NCBI GenBank assembly: GCA_965277715.1 | Contig: OZ255836.1 | Coordinates: forward strand, 992,001 to 1,056,000 | Reading direction: 5' to 3' | Source of the DNA: Gammaproteobacteria bacterium | GTDB lineage: Bacteria > Pseudomonadota > Gammaproteobacteria > JBCCGL01 | Length of the DNA stretch: 64,000 bases | Shown here: positions 9,343-25,500 of the stretch, piece after piece | How positions within the stretch are numbered: position 1 is the stretch's first letter | Layout: the number at the start of each line of letters is the position of its first letter | Notes under the pieces: generated by a model | Seen by the model: the letters and a program-made list of their open reading frames with translations, nothing else | What the model was told of the DNA's origin: nothing | Databases searched by the model: none | Made by a program: the position numbers and the translations under genes

Positions 9343-11745
9343 ATGAATTTGCGAACACTTACAGTTTTAACCACATTGGTTATCAGTTGTTGCGTCAATG
9401 CAGCCGAGATAAACAACCAAAATAAACGGGAATATCAATTGGCCATCGATACCAAAGCAGACTCCGCACTACAACAGTCCCTCGCAGAAGCCTTTGAGGC
9501 ACGTGGTGGTGATTATCAACCACGCACTGAACACCTGAACCCAGATGGCTCACCCATCTACATAAACCGCCTGATCAGCGAAGATTCCCCTTATTTACTG
9601 CAACACGCACACAACCCGGTCAACTGGTATCCCTGGGGCCAGGCGGCATTCGATGAGGCAAAGCGTCTCGATAGGCCCGTTTTTCTGTCAATTGGTTATG
9701 CCACCTGCCATTGGTGCCATGTGATGGAGCGCGAAAGTTTTGAAAGCGAAGCTATTGCGCGCATTATCAACCGCGATTACATCGCGATTAAAGTCGACCG
9801 CGAGCAGCGGCCCGATGTGGATGCCACCTTTATGCAGGCGGTGATTCTGCTCAACGGCAGTGGTGGCTGGCCCATGTCCAGCTTTCTCACCCCCGATGGC
9901 AAGCCGTTCTACGGCGGTACTTACTTTCCCCCTACACGCTTCACCAGCCTGCTGAACCGCATCGCCGAATTGTGGCAGGGCAATCGCACCGCCCTACTCT
10001 CACAAGCCGAACAGTTATCAGAGGCTGTCGCCAGCAGCACGCAGGTACAGGGACAGGCACAAGCCATCGGTGAACAGGAATACCAGCGGGCCATCGACAT
10101 CGCCCTGCAACGCTACGACAAAGCCCTTGGTGGTTTTGGCCAGGCGCCTAAATTTCCACAGGAATCGGTGCTGTATTTACTATTGGAGAACGCCCGGCGC
10201 ACACTTCATCAACCCTCTTTGGCGGCTGCACACGGTTCGTTGCAACAGATGGCACGCGGTGGTATTCACGACCATATCGCCGGTGGTTTTCATCGGTATT
10301 CGACAGATAACCAATGGCTTGTACCACATTTCGAGAAAATGCTTTACAACCAGGCAGCATTGGCCCGCAACTATCTGAGCGCGTTTCAGCTCACCAGTGA
10401 CCCTCAACATGCACGTACTGCACAGCGCATTCTCGACTATGTGCTGCGTGAAATGACCTCTCCCGCCGGTGCATTCTATTCCGCGACAGACGCCGACTCT
10501 GAAGGTAAAGAGGGAACATTTTTTGTATGGACGCCCGATCAGCTTGAACAGGCGCTAGGAAAAGCAGATGCCGCGCTGGCCAGTGCAGTGTGGAATGTCA
10601 CCGAGGCGGGAAATTTCGAGGGGCACAATATCCTGCATTTGCCGGATTCCATCGAAGCGCTGGCTGAAAAACTCAGCGAGCAATACGGTTTAAGCGCACA
10701 GGCATTACAGGCAAAAATTGATCGCTTTAGCGATCAACTGCTCATACTTAGAAACCAACGCGAACACCCATTGCTCGACGATAAAATCCTCACCGAATGG
10801 AACGCCATGATGATTACTGCACTGACAGAAGCCAGCCAGGTACTGGATAACCCCGATTACCTGGTTGCCGCCAGTCGCGCAGCGCAGTGGATCTGGAAAA
10901 CCAATAGGCGTGCAAACGGTCAGTTTTGGCGTGTACACTTTGAAGGCCACTCATCGATAGAGGCAACCCAAGCTGACCTGGCTTACCTGGCCGAGGCTAT
11001 GCTGGCTTTGTACGATACCAGTGGTGATAACCCCGGCGTTAATAGCCAATGGCTCGATTACGCACGCGCGTTAACAAACGCCATGATTGAACAGTTTTGG
11101 GACGCCGATCAGGGTGGGTTTTTTATGGGCAATGCAAGCGTTGCCGGCGCCCTATTACCCACGCGGCCAAAAGACCTGCACGACGGCGCGACACCGTCGG
11201 GTAATGGTGTGGCGATGCGGGTACTGGCGCGGCTCTGGCACCGTACGGGTGATGATCGCTACAAACAATACGCCAATCAATTACTGGCGGCATTCTCCGG
11301 TTTAATCACACAACACACGGATGCCTATTCATATCTGTTGCTTGGCGCCAGTGAATTATTATGGGGTGAAAGTGGCGCCCTGCAGTATGCAGCGCGGGGC
11401 AGGGTACGGGTACACGGCGCCGTAAATGAACGCGGGGAAATACAAATCTCGATTGATATTGCACCCGGCTGGCATATCAACGCCAACCAACCGCTACAGG
11501 ATTATCTGATTGGCACACGGCTGGAAGCACAGGCACCCAATACGCTTGAGGCCGTCAACTACCCCCACCCTACTTCACACGTGCTAGGCTTTCAACGGGA
11601 AACGCTTTCGCTCTATCAGGATAACGTAGTGATTCGTGCGCAATGGTCTGGCACAAAGACCGGTGCAGTTTCACTCGAACTTATGTTGCAGGCGTGTGAT
11701 GATAACGTCTGCCTGGCGCCGGAGACCTTAGTATTTAACCTGTGA
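9343..11745 (+). CDS. Thioredoxin-domain DUF255/YyaL family protein with signal peptide and C-terminal DsbD-N-like domain
   Basis: [44 protein letters not shown]; C-terminal GWHINAN...LQACDDNVC; hydrophobic N-terminus from ATG 9343 (track start 9286). Confidence 0.88.
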   Translation: MNLRTLTVLTTLVISCCVNAAEINNQNKREYQLAIDTKADSALQQSLAEAFEARGGDYQPRTEHLNPDGSPIYINRLISEDSPYLLQHAHNPVNWYPWGQAAFDEAKRLDRPVFLSIGYATCHWCHVMERESFESEAIARIINRDYIAIKVDREQRPDVDATFMQAVILLNGSGGWPMSSFLTPDGKPFYGGTYFPPTRFTSLLNRIAELWQGNRTALLSQAEQLSEAVASSTQVQGQAQAIGEQEYQRAIDIALQRYDKALGGFGQAPKFPQESVLYLLLENARRTLHQPSLAAAHGSLQQMARGGIHDHIAGGFHRYSTDNQWLVPHFEKMLYNQAALARNYLSAFQLTSDPQHARTAQRILDYVLREMTSPAGAFYSATDADSEGKEGTFFVWTPDQLEQALGKADAALASAVWNVTEAGNFEGHNILHLPDSIEALAEKLSEQYGLSAQALQAKIDRFSDQLLILRNQREHPLLDDKILTEWNAMMITALTEASQVLDNPDYLVAASRAAQWIWKTNRRANGQFWRVHFEGHSSIEATQADLAYLAEAMLALYDTSGDNPGVNSQWLDYARALTNAMIEQFWDADQGGFFMGNASVAGALLPTRPKDLHDGATPSGNGVAMRVLARLWHRTGDDRYKQYANQLLAAFSGLITQHTDAYSYLLLGASELLWGESGALQYAARGRVRVHGAVNERGEIQISIDIAPGWHINANQPLQDYLIGTRLEAQAPNTLEAVNYPHPTSHVLGFQRETLSLYQDNVVIRAQWSGTKTGAVSLELMLQACDDNVCLAPETLVFNL

Positions 11746-11950
11746 AATTAAGCGTGCCCCCGAATATCTTTCACTCTACACTGCTCGCCTGCTTTTGCAG
11801 CCCATGTTCTGCATACACGCCAAAGGCCACGGCGATAAAACCGCGCAATGCGCCGATACTTAGAACCATGCTTTACGTGCTACAGATCAGTCACTGAGAG
11901 TGGTGCCGGGCTTGGCGGTTACTCACTGCCCGAAAAGGTATTGAGATCAA

Positions 11951-12295
11951 TTACATTGTGTGCGTAGGTCTATCCACGTGTAACGTCTCTCCCAGATACT
12001 CTTCTACCTTAGCGCGGGTTGCCCCGTTATCCTGCTCGCTGAATTGCACACCAATTCCGGCCGCTTTGTTACCTTGAGCCCCCGGCGGTGTAATCCAGAT
12101 TATCTTGCCCGCTACCGGCAGTCGTTCCTTGCTATCGACCAGTGTCAGTAGCATAAATACCTCATCACCCAGCTTGTAGCTCTTTGATGTCGGGATAAAC
12201 AAACCACCATTTTTCACATAGGGCATGTAAGCGGAATACAAAGCCCCTTTATCTTTAATAGAAAGTGAAAGTATCCCCTGTCTTGCCTGGCTCAT
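11951..12295 (-). CDS. pilZ: Type IV pilus assembly protein PilZ
   Basis: GILSLSIKDK-ALY-AYMP-VKNGGLFIPT...PTHTM; downstream of holB. Confidence 0.95.
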   Translation of the reverse strand: MSQARQGILSLSIKDKGALYSAYMPYVKNGGLFIPTSKSYKLGDEVFMLLTLVDSKERLPVAGKIIWITPPGAQGNKAAGIGVQFSEQDNGATRAKVEEYLGETLHVDRPTHTM

Positions 12296-12300
12296 GGTGC

Positions 12301-13203
12301 TTAAATACTCTCTTTTTGGTAAGGTTTTATTGTTTGTGCTTCAATAAACAACTGCTCATAAAGCGCACGGCGATTGACCCCCGGCTTTGCTGCAAACTGA
12401 TAGGCAGGCAGTAGTTTGTCATAAAAAGCCATTAATTGCCCCACTTCAATTTTGAAGGTTTTTTGCCGATTGGTATCAACATAATTCTCCAGCCCCGGTC
12501 CAGGGCAATCATCTATCATAAAACATTTTTTAAGTTGTGAAGATAACCAATTGAAAAGTGTATGAAATATTACCTCATGATCGGCTTTTGACCAATCGTT
12601 TGCAATGGCAATGTAGTCGCGTTGACTCATCAACCCCGACTGCCATGCCTGCAGCGACTCATCATAAAGGGTCGATTTATGATCTATTCCCAATGCCTGA
12701 TCGGGCGCTGTAATGCGCACCCGCTGGCAGCGGCTGCGAATGGTGATAGGAATAGCCCCTAGCTTTGACGACACCAGAATAATCACAACATTAGGCCGTG
12801 GTTCTTCGAGTGTCTTTAGCAGGCTGTTAGCAGCACCGGCATGCATGACATCGGCGGGGCTAATGATGACAACCCGATAGCCATTATGTTGGGCTGTCAG
12901 CCCCAATTCCACACACATGGCACGGATTTGCTGAATTTTTATCACCCGGCTGTCGTCGCCTGGCGAGACTTCAATATAATCACCGTGACTACCCGCCCCC
13001 ACTCGTTTGCACGCACGGCATTCACCACACGCAGCACCTGTGCTTTTGTGTGGTGAATCGCATAATAAGGCGGTGGCAAAACCACGTGCAAAGGGCAGCA
13101 TTGCCGAAGACGCACCAGTGACCAGTAGAGCATGTGGTATTTTACCGGCATTGACACGGGCTTGTAATGATTGCCATTCCGGTGTTTCACACAGAGGCAT
13201 CAC
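12301..13203 (-). CDS. holB: DNA polymerase III subunit delta'
   Basis: HALL, zinc module C...CGECRAC, AANSLLKTLEEP, TIRSRC; between tmk and pilZ. Confidence 0.9.
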   Translation of the reverse strand: MMPLCETPEWQSLQARVNAGKIPHALLVTGASSAMLPFARGFATALLCDSPHKSTGAACGECRACKRVGAGSHGDYIEVSPGDDSRVIKIQQIRAMCVELGLTAQHNGYRVVIISPADVMHAGAANSLLKTLEEPRPNVVIILVSSKLGAIPITIRSRCQRVRITAPDQALGIDHKSTLYDESLQAWQSGLMSQRDYIAIANDWSKADHEVIFHTLFNWLSSQLKKCFMIDDCPGPGLENYVDTNRQKTFKIEVGQLMAFYDKLLPAYQFAAKPGVNRRALYEQLFIEAQTIKPYQKESI

Positions 13204-13838
13204 TGTATACCCTCCCCATGGACCAGGTGTTTTACTTGGGTACGAATGGCCACTTCGACAGATTCAATGCCCTGGCTGGCATCAATAACCCGAAACCGTT
13301 GTGCAAAACATTGCGCACGCTGCAGATACGTTTGCCGCACGTTTTCAAAGAAATGCCTGCCTTCCTGTTCAAAGCGATCAAGAGCACCACGCCTGGCAGC
13401 GCGGTGTAAACCTGTCTCTATGGGGGCGTCCAGTAAAAACGTCAAATCCGCCTGTAGGTCACCTTGAACCCAGTGTTCAATGGCAGCAATTCGCTCTGCA
13501 TCGACATGCCGCCCGCCCCCCTGGTAGGCATAAGTCGCATCAGTAAAACGATCAGATATGACCCATTGTCCGGTGGCCAAAGCGGGTTCGATAACCTGCG
13601 TAATATGCTCTGCGCGTGCAGCGAACATCAGGAGTAATTCAGCGCTATCACTAATGGCGCCAATAGTGGGGTCAAGCAGCACACCACGCAGTGTTTCACC
13701 CAGTGCCGTTCCACCGGGCTCGCGAGTGGCCAATGCCTCGACGCCCAACTGTGCCAACTCATCCAACACAAAGGCCATACAGGTTGACTTGCCGACGCCC
13801 TCGCCTCCTTCTAAAGTGATAAATTTACCTCTATTCAT
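13200..13838 (-). CDS. tmk: Thymidylate kinase
   Basis: FITLEGGEGVGKST, TREPGGT, SDRF, YQGGGR. Confidence 0.97.
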   Translation of the reverse strand: MNRGKFITLEGGEGVGKSTCMAFVLDELAQLGVEALATREPGGTALGETLRGVLLDPTIGAISDSAELLLMFAARAEHITQVIEPALATGQWVISDRFTDATYAYQGGGRHVDAERIAAIEHWVQGDLQADLTFLLDAPIETGLHRAARRGALDRFEQEGRHFFENVRQTYLQRAQCFAQRFRVIDASQGIESVEVAIRTQVKHLVHGEGIQ

Positions 13839-14043
13839 AGTTTATTATGCTATTGCCAATCCCGATTAAGACAATTATAACCGTGATATTGATAACAAAT
13901 GCGATGCAGAAAAAATGGTTAATGTTGTCGTTCTGCTATGCCGCACCACAATGGGCGTCAGGTATGGTTTCAACAGGCTCTCCTCTGCAACAAAGCGCTC
14001 TGGTTTGCATTGCGCCTGTGTGACAGCCGCTTCCAGCTATTCA

Positions 14044-15069
14044 TTATTTTGTAGAGCGCCTGCGCTGATATTTATCTACCGCCGCTTCGTGTTCGTGCAG
14101 TGTACGTGAGAATTGATGCGTGCCATCATTGCGGGAAACAAAATATAAAGCATCGGTTTTATCCGGGTGCAATACAGCATCAATCGCCTCTCTCCCCGGC
14201 ATGGCAATCGGGGTGGGGGTTAAGCCATGCCGGGTATAGGTATTGTAGGCGGTATCCTGGCGCAGATGCTTACGACGGATATTGCCATCAAAATCTTCAC
14301 CGAGACCGTAGATAATCGTCGGGTCCGTTTGCAGGCGCATGTTAATGCGCAACCGCGACATAAATACAGCCGCAATCAATGGTCGCTCTTGCGCCGCCGC
14401 CGTCTCTTTTTCCACAATCGAGGCGAGAATCAAGGCTTCATAAGGGGTTTTGATTTCCAGGTTTTCATCCCTTTTTTCCCACGCTGCCTGTACGTATTCC
14501 TGCATTGCCCGGTAAGCGCGCCGCAAAAATGCAATATCGCTGGTGCCACGTGGAAACTGGTAGGTATCGGGAAGAAACTGCCCTTCCGGGTGAACACCGG
14601 GATAGCCCAGTGCCGCCATCAACGCCTCGTCTGATAGTTCAGCCGTGCGAATATCCAACAGTGGCGCAGTATCGTACAAAGCATTGCGCAACTGGCGAAA
14701 TGACCAGCCTTCGATAATCGTAAAAGGGTATTGACGGGTGCGCCCGGCAATTAATACATCCAGCAGCTCAATCGGTGTCAGAGCCGAGGTTATCTGGTAC
14801 TCACCCGCTTTAACACGCGACGCTTTATGGGTCAGTTTTGCATAGACCTTTAGCGGGAGTGAGCGGGAGAGTAAAGCGGTGGATTCAAGTTGCTGGACAA
14901 TAGAACCAAATGAAGCGCCTGGCTCAATAACCACTGTCAACGGTGAATTCGCCAGCGGCGTTGGTGTATTGAGACCCTGCCACGCATCCCATACAAACAA
15001 AGCGGCTATTACCAGTAATAAAAAACCGGCAGCAATAACACCACACAGCCATTTTATCCAAACAGCCAC
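14044..15069 (-). CDS. mltG: Endolytic transglycosylase MltG
   Basis: EGQFLPDTY, LASIVEKET, MRLQTDPT, YNTY-GL-PTPI, LYFVS. Confidence 0.96.
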   Translation of the reverse strand: MAVWIKWLCGVIAAGFLLLVIAALFVWDAWQGLNTPTPLANSPLTVVIEPGASFGSIVQQLESTALLSRSLPLKVYAKLTHKASRVKAGEYQITSALTPIELLDVLIAGRTRQYPFTIIEGWSFRQLRNALYDTAPLLDIRTAELSDEALMAALGYPGVHPEGQFLPDTYQFPRGTSDIAFLRRAYRAMQEYVQAAWEKRDENLEIKTPYEALILASIVEKETAAAQERPLIAAVFMSRLRINMRLQTDPTIIYGLGEDFDGNIRRKHLRQDTAYNTYTRHGLTPTPIAMPGREAIDAVLHPDKTDALYFVSRNDGTHQFSRTLHEHEAAVDKYQRRRSTK

Positions 15070-15072
15070 TGG

Positions 15073-16311
15073 TTAAATCGCTTTAAACACCACCGTGCCA
15101 TTGGTTCCGCCAAAACCAAAAGAATTGGATAGGGCAACATTGATCGGCATTTCGCGCGCTGCATTTGCCGCCACGTCAATATCACACCCTGGATCAAGTT
15201 GCTCAATATTCATCGTCGGTGGTGCAACCTGATCACGTATCGACAATACAGTAAACACGGCCTCAATACCGCCAGCCGCACCGAGCAAGTGCCCTGTCAT
15301 CGATTTGGTGGAACTCATCACCAGTGAATAGGCATGATCGCCAAATGTATTTTTAACCGCCTGCACTTCAACCATATCGCCAGCGGGCGTCGATGTGCCG
15401 TGTGCATTGATATAGTTGACCGTATCGACGGCAATGCCCCCGTTTTTCAGTGCCTGCTGCATACAACGGCGGGCGCCGTCACCGTTTTTAGCTGGCATGG
15501 TCATGTGAAACGCATCACCACTCATGCCAAAACCAGCCAGCTCACAGTAGATATTAGCGCCTCGTTTTTTAGCGTGTTCGTACTCTTCCAGCACCAGTAC
15601 ACCGGCACCGTCACCCAGTACAAAACCATCGCGATCAACATCCCAGGGTCTGCTGGCAGTCTCTGGTGAATCGTTGCGGGTGGATAGCGCACGCGCTGCG
15701 CCGAAACCGGCCAGCCCCAGCGGGCAGGTCGCCATTTCCGCCCCACCGGCAACCATAATATCGGCATCACCGTATTCAATTAAACGTGCTGCATCACCAA
15801 TATTATGAGTACCCGTCGTGCAGGCGGTGACAATGGCATAGTTAGGCCCCTGCAAACCATAGCGGATAGACAGGTTACCGGAGATCATATTGATAATTGA
15901 AGAGGGGACGAAAAATGGCGATACCTTGCGCGGCCCACTGTTTACCAGGGTATCGCGCTGTCTTTCGATAGCCGGCAATCCACCGATACCCGAACCTATT
16001 GCCACGCCGATGCGCTCGGCATTTTCCTCAGTGACATCGAATCCAGAATCTGTGATCGCCTGAATACCTGCGGCCATACCGTAGTGGATAAATTCATCCA
16101 TCTTGCGGGCATCTTTAGGTGTCATATACCCAGTGATATCGAAATCTTTAACGGCGGCAGAAAACTGTGTGGCATAGGCGCTAACATCAAATGCGGTAAC
16201 CGCCGCCATGCCCGATTTTCCGCACAGGATACCGTCCCAGGCACTTGCAACATCATTGCCAACAGGACACACAATGCCCAGACCGGTTACCACTACTCGC
16301 CGTTTTGACAC
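15073..16311 (-). CDS. fabF: Beta-ketoacyl-ACP synthase II
   Basis: [44 protein letters not shown]. Confidence 0.97.
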   Translation of the reverse strand: MSKRRVVVTGLGIVCPVGNDVASAWDGILCGKSGMAAVTAFDVSAYATQFSAAVKDFDITGYMTPKDARKMDEFIHYGMAAGIQAITDSGFDVTEENAERIGVAIGSGIGGLPAIERQRDTLVNSGPRKVSPFFVPSSIINMISGNLSIRYGLQGPNYAIVTACTTGTHNIGDAARLIEYGDADIMVAGGAEMATCPLGLAGFGAARALSTRNDSPETASRPWDVDRDGFVLGDGAGVLVLEEYEHAKKRGANIYCELAGFGMSGDAFHMTMPAKNGDGARRCMQQALKNGGIAVDTVNYINAHGTSTPAGDMVEVQAVKNTFGDHAYSLVMSSTKSMTGHLLGAAGGIEAVFTVLSIRDQVAPPTMNIEQLDPGCDIDVAANAAREMPINVALSNSFGFGGTNGTVVFKAI

Positions 16312-16375
16312 ATTACGCCCCTCACTAAAGAGTGCAGTTAGTTTATTTCACCGAACAACACGCATTACCACCATT

Positions 16376-16403
16376 AAAAAAGCCGCAGTCTGGCTGCGGC
16401 TTT
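16376..16403 (-). terminator. Rho-independent terminator after acpP
   Basis: Minus strand AAAGCCGCAG-CCAGA-CTGCGGCTTTTTT. Confidence 0.8.
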
Positions 16404-16424
16404 AATCGATTATCCTGAAGTGGA

Positions 16425-16661
16425 TTAATCGAGGTGTTCGTTAACGTAATCGATTGCCTGCTGAACTGTGGTGATTTTTTCTGCTTCATCGTCGGGAATT
16501 TCGCACTCGAACTCCTCCTCTAAAGCCATTACCAACTCAACAGTATCGAGAGAATCAGCACCAAGATCATCGACAAAAGAAGCCAGATTGGTGACTTCTT
16601 CTTCTTTTACACCCAACTGCTCAATAACAATTTTTTTGACGCGTTCTTCAACACTACTCAT
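16425..16661 (-). CDS. acpP: Acyl carrier protein
   Basis: [20 protein letters not shown]; ATG 16661 preceded by GGAGG. Confidence 0.98.
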   Translation of the reverse strand: MSSVEERVKKIVIEQLGVKEEEVTNLASFVDDLGADSLDTVELVMALEEEFECEIPDDEAEKITTVQQAIDYVNEHLD

Positions 16662-16867
16662 GACGTGTTTACCTCCAGGTATCTGAGATGGAACCAGGCA
16701 AATCACCTAGCAACAGGGGCGCTATTGTAGGGCTTACATCGCCATGATGCCAGTGCGATTTAAGCGTAAAATAGCAAGTTAAAATTACTAATAAAATATA
16801 TATATTACAAATACTTAAAAAACAAAATTAAAGAAGCTTAATAATAAAAACTCAAATAACATCTGAT

Positions 16868-17614
16868 CTAATTCATAAACATGCCGCCATTTACGTGCAA
16901 TGTATGACCACTAATATAAGCCGATGTAGGCATCGCCAAAAACACGGCGGCATGGGCAATATCGGCGGGGTCACCCAAACGGTTGGCCGGTATCTGAGTC
17001 AGGATTGCTGCGCGCTGCCCCTCACTGAGTGCATGGGTCATATCCGATGCAATAAAGCCGGGGGCAATGGTATTGACCGTAATATTGCGCGCTGCAACTT
17101 CCTTGGCCAATGACTTTCCAAACCCGATCATCCCGGCTTTAGCCGCCGCGTAATTAGCCTGACCGGCATTGCCCGTCACGCCAACCACTGAGGCGATATT
17201 AATTATGCGACCGAAACGCGCCTTGACCATATCCCTTAAGCACGCTTTGCTCATGCGAAAGACCGAGCTGAGGTTAGTCGCCATAATATCGCCCCACTCG
17301 TCATCTTTCATGCGCATCAGCAGGTTGTCGCGGGTAATGCCTGCGTTATTGACCAGGACACTCACCGCAGAAAATTCAGTTTTGATACGCTCTACAATAG
17401 TTGTGATGCCCTCTTTACTGGCGACATCCAGGCACATACCGGTGCCTTTAATACCGGCATCCGCAAGTACCTGCGCTATCCGTTTAGCCCCTTCATCAGT
17501 GGTTGCCGTGCCGATGACAGTGGCACCCTGATTACCCATGGCCATCGCTATCGCCTGCCCAATACCCCGGCTGGCACCCGTAACCAGTACTATTTGATCA
17601 GTTAACACGAGCAA
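16868..17614 (-). CDS. fabG: 3-oxoacyl-ACP reductase
   Basis: VTGASRGIG, NNAGITRD, YAAAK, VNGGM. Confidence 0.97.
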   Translation of the reverse strand: MLVLTDQIVLVTGASRGIGQAIAMAMGNQGATVIGTATTDEGAKRIAQVLADAGIKGTGMCLDVASKEGITTIVERIKTEFSAVSVLVNNAGITRDNLLMRMKDDEWGDIMATNLSSVFRMSKACLRDMVKARFGRIINIASVVGVTGNAGQANYAAAKAGMIGFGKSLAKEVAARNITVNTIAPGFIASDMTHALSEGQRAAILTQIPANRLGDPADIAHAAVFLAMPTSAYISGHTLHVNGGMFMN

Positions 17615-17634
17615 GCTCCCGTTTTAATTTTGGT

Positions 17635-18576
17635 TTAAGCATCTGCCAGTAAGGCCAATGCTTTTTGCAACGACGCCGGGTCTTCAACCACTGCCGACGG
17701 CAGGCGCCGGTCGATGCGTTTAGCCAGACCCGTCAGCACTTTTCCAGGACCCAGCTCAATGATGGCTTCAGCACCCTGCGCCTGCATGTGTTTGATACTT
17801 TGCGCCCAATACACCGGGTTGGCGACATGCTTGCGCAGTGAAGCGAGGATATCGTCGCGAGACTGGCAAAGCACGGCCTCGTTGTTTTGCACCACCGGGA
17901 TCGACGGCTGCTGCGCCACCACTGAATCGATTTTTTCCGCCAGAGCCTCTACGACTGACTGCATGAGTGCGCTGTGATTGGGCACATTGACGGGCAATAA
18001 CACGCACTTGCGCGCCCCCGCTTCGTTGGCTGCCTGTATAACGCCTTGTATCGCATCCAGATGCCCGGAGATAACCACCTGTGCCGGTGAATTAAAATTG
18101 ACCGCCTCGACGACCCGCTGCCCGCTCTGTGCGCGACACAGCGCAATCACATCGTCATCTTCCATGCCCAGGATAGCGGCCATCCCCCCCTCGCCCTGCG
18201 GCACCGCATCGTTCATTAGTTGACAGCGCGTGGCAATAATGTCGACAGCATCGGTAAAACTGAATAACTCTGCGGCGACCAACGCGGTGTATTCACCGAG
18301 GCTATGGCCCGCCACAGCGATTGGCGCAGGCGCACCCGCAGCGCGAAAGACACGGTACACCGCAACACCGGAAACAAACATAATGGGCTGTGTATAGGTG
18401 GCAATATTTAGCTGTTCAGCCGGGCCTTCCTGTAATAATTTCCACAGATCGTAGCCCAACACCTCACTGGCTTCAGCAAACGTATCGGTGACCTGGCGAT
18501 GTTCAACGGCCAGTGCCGATAACATGCCCAACGACTGGGAGCCCTGCCCCGGAAAAACGGCTGCATATTTTTTCAT
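17635..18576 (-). CDS. fabD: Malonyl-CoA:ACP transacylase
   Basis: FPGQGSQ, GHSLGE, NFNSP-QVVISG, ELGPGKVL. Confidence 0.97.
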   Translation of the reverse strand: MKKYAAVFPGQGSQSLGMLSALAVEHRQVTDTFAEASEVLGYDLWKLLQEGPAEQLNIATYTQPIMFVSGVAVYRVFRAAGAPAPIAVAGHSLGEYTALVAAELFSFTDAVDIIATRCQLMNDAVPQGEGGMAAILGMEDDDVIALCRAQSGQRVVEAVNFNSPAQVVISGHLDAIQGVIQAANEAGARKCVLLPVNVPNHSALMQSVVEALAEKIDSVVAQQPSIPVVQNNEAVLCQSRDDILASLRKHVANPVYWAQSIKHMQAQGAEAIIELGPGKVLTGLAKRIDRRLPSAVVEDPASLQKALALLADA

Positions 18577-18599
18577 GGTGTAGTGAATTCGTTATTATT

Positions 18600-19415
<816 letters not shown>

Positions 19416-19563
19416 TTACCGGGAGATTTGAACATCGCACTCGAGGTTGAATACCGTAGAAGGCGCGCATTCTAGCATAACCGCCGCTGACCTTATCAAG
19501 CGCATAAGTTTCCAAAAACCTGGGCATTATGTATTGACTTGTGTGCAAGTTAATAGCATGGGG

Positions 19564-22472
<2,909 letters not shown>

Positions 22473-22501
22473 ACTCTATACCCTACACTGCACAGGCCCG
22501 T

Positions 22502-25500
22502 TCATGCCTGTGCCAGCCTGGCCGCCTCGGCGACATCGACTGAAACCAACCGCGACACACCAGGCTCGTGCATGGTAACCCCCATCAGGTGCTGGGAGAG
22601 TTCCATAGTATTTTTATTGTGGGTGATAAAAATAAACTGCACACGCTCCGACATCTCGCGTACCAACTCACAATAACGCCCCACATTGGCATCATCAAGC
22701 GGCGCATCGACTTCGTCAAGCATACAAAAAGGCGCCGGATTAAGTTCAAAAAAAGCGAACACCAGAGCCACAGCCGTTAGTGCCTTTTCACCACCAGAGA
22801 GCAGGTGGATATTACTGACGCGTTTACCCGGCGGCCTCGCCATCACCGACACGCCGGTATCAAGTAAATCATTACCCGTCATGATCAGATTGGCATGGCC
22901 ACCACCAAACAGACGCGGGAAATACCCTTGTAGCTTGCCATTGACCTTTTCAAAAGTCTCTTTAAAACGGGAACGCGTCTCGCGGTCAATTTTCTCTATT
23001 GCCGATTCCAACGTCGCCAATGCCTCAGTAACATCGGCAAACTGTTTATCCAGGTATTCTTTACGGTTTTCCTGCTCGGCGTGCTCTTCAATCGCCGCCA
23101 GGTTGATCGGCCCGAGCCGTTGAATACGGCTCTCTACAGCCGCCAGTTTGTCGTTCCATATTGCCGGGCTGGCCTCTTCGGGGAGATCGGCCAGCAATGC
23201 CTCGTATTCAAGGCCTGTCTCCTGTAATTGTTCGTCCAGGGTTTGAATGCGTACCCGCACCTCCTGGCTGGCGAGGCGGTCCGCCTCCAGTTGTTCACGC
23301 ACTTTTTGTGCCGCCTGCTCGGCCTGTGTGCGATGTTGTTCCTGCAGGCGCAAATCGGCTTCTATCGCATCCACCACAGCGCGGGTTTCAGTGAGCCGCT
23401 TTTCAACCTGAAGGCGTTCGGCCAACAGGGTTTCGAGCTCGGCCTCTTTCGCTTTTATCGGTTCATCACCTTCCTGCTGGGCGGCAAGTAATGTATCGCG
23501 ACGGGTCTCCAGCGCTTTGAGCTGAGATTCCACCCGCGCCAGGTTTTGCTCGGTTGCCGTGCGTGCGGTGCGCATTGATTCAACGCGGATAGCGATCTGT
23601 TGGCCGCGCTCGTTTTGCTGTTGCGATTGCTGGCGCGCACGCTCCAGTTGGCTGCGCAGGGTATCGCGCAGCGCGCTCAGTGTATCGCCTTCAACGGCCA
23701 ACACCTCAACCTGCTCCAGTGCGCGGGCGCGGCGTTCACTCGATACTTCACACTCACTGCGGTACTGCTCACGCTGTTCCTCCAGATCACTCAATTCCTG
23801 GTGTAAACGCGCCTGGTTCTGTTGGATTTGCTCTTGTTTTACCCGCAGTGCATTGTGCTTTGACTGCGCCTCGACCAACAGCCGGTGGGTTGCATTGACC
23901 GCTGCCTGGGATTGGTCGCGCCGCTGTTCTATAGCGTGCAGTTGATCGGCGATTTGCGCATTGTCCATTTCCTGCTCAGAGACCTGGTTTTGCTGCCTTT
24001 CCAGTGTCTCACGCAGGGCCTTGATGGCCTGTTCACGCGCCAGGATACTGGCGTCCTCACCCTGGGTGCGATTGACGCGTAACCAGTTTGCCCCCAACCA
24101 GATACCATCGGCACTGACCACCGATTCAGCGGCGCCCAGCGTGGCGCGCATCGATAGAGCCTGTCGGTAGCTATCGGCGGCGTACACAGACGATAACAAA
24201 CCCGGTAACTGTACTGTTGAGTTGATTTTATCCACTAACAGTGCCGATGAATGAGACGCCGAAGGCACACCCGGCTGGGTGTCGAGAAACGTCAACTGGC
24301 CCTCACTAAAACCGGCCAGGTCGGTGGGCAGTTGATCGACACACACCGCCTCCAGATAACCTTCCAGCACGGTTTCCACCGCCAGTTCCCAACCACTTTC
24401 GACATTCAAATGCTGGGCCAGGCGCGTGCAATTGGACAAGCCATTTTGTGCCAACCACTCACTGGCACGTCCATCGTGCTCACCAAGCGATGCCTGTTGC
24501 AACGCTTCCAGCGAGGCCAGGCGACCATGTGTGGTTTGCGTTTGTGCACGTGCCCGATCGAGTGACCGCTGGCAAATCACCTGTTTTTCACGCAGCCCGG
24601 CCAGTGCCTGGGTGTCCTCAAGCAGTGCCACTTTGGCCTGTTCCTCGGCGTGGCGTGCACTGCTCTCTTCATCGACCAATAGGGCTATTTGTGCACCGAG
24701 ATCGCCACTATCGATAGTGGCGAGTGCATTTTGTTGTGCGATAGCACGCTGGCTGACTTGCTGTATAAGCCGTTCAAACTGTTCGATACGCGAGCGTTCA
24801 ACCTGCGCAATCTGCAACGGTTCAGCATTGCGTCGATTGTAGTTATCCCAGTTACCCTGCCACTCTGTCATCGCCCGTTCAGCCTGGGCGAGCACTTCAG
24901 CCGAATCTTTTTGCTCGTCGAGCAACCGCTCGTAGGTGGGGGTGTCGTCGTCGATGGACTCGGACAACTGGCGAATCTTCTCACGGTCCTGGGCAATCAA
25001 CTGGTTGTTGTCATTCCAGGTCTGTTGCACCTGTTTTAATTCAAGCTGCTGGCGCTGGTGGGTTTCTTTGTTGTGCTGAATGGTTTGTTCGCTACGCGAG
25101 ATATCCGCCCCCAGCTTATAGAACGTCCCCTGAACGCCATTGAAACGTTCGTTAGCACCACTGTGTGCATCGCGCTGTTTCTCGATAACCGATTCGGCGG
25201 CGCGCTGATCGGCCACGCATTTTTCCAGTTGTGTGGCTTTTTCCTGTAGATCCTGTTCACGCACTGCCAGCGCATCGCTATGCGCTACGCGGCGCAACGC
25301 CAGCAGTTCCGCTTTTGTGCGCCGCTCTTCGCTTTTCAGTTCTTTAAAGCGCTCTGCCGTGCGCGCCTGGCGCTTGAGGTGGGCAATTTGTTTTTCGACC
25401 TCTTCGCGCACATCATTGAGCCGGTCGAGGTTGTCACGCGTATGGCGGATGCGGTTTTCGGTTTCGCGACGGCGGTCTTTGTATTTGGAAATACCGGCCG

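Noticed and set aside
12301-13203. HolB lacks an intact Walker A motif
   Set aside because: Delta' is a known ATPase-inactive clamp-loader subunit; not evidence of a pseudogene
13839-14043. 205-bp gap between mltG and tmk, possible sRNA or small ORF
   Set aside because: No recognisable RNA motif, terminator or RBS-backed ORF
16770-16865. Very AT-rich tract between fabG and acpP
   Set aside because: No repeats or dif/oriC motifs; best explained as the strong acpP promoter/UP region
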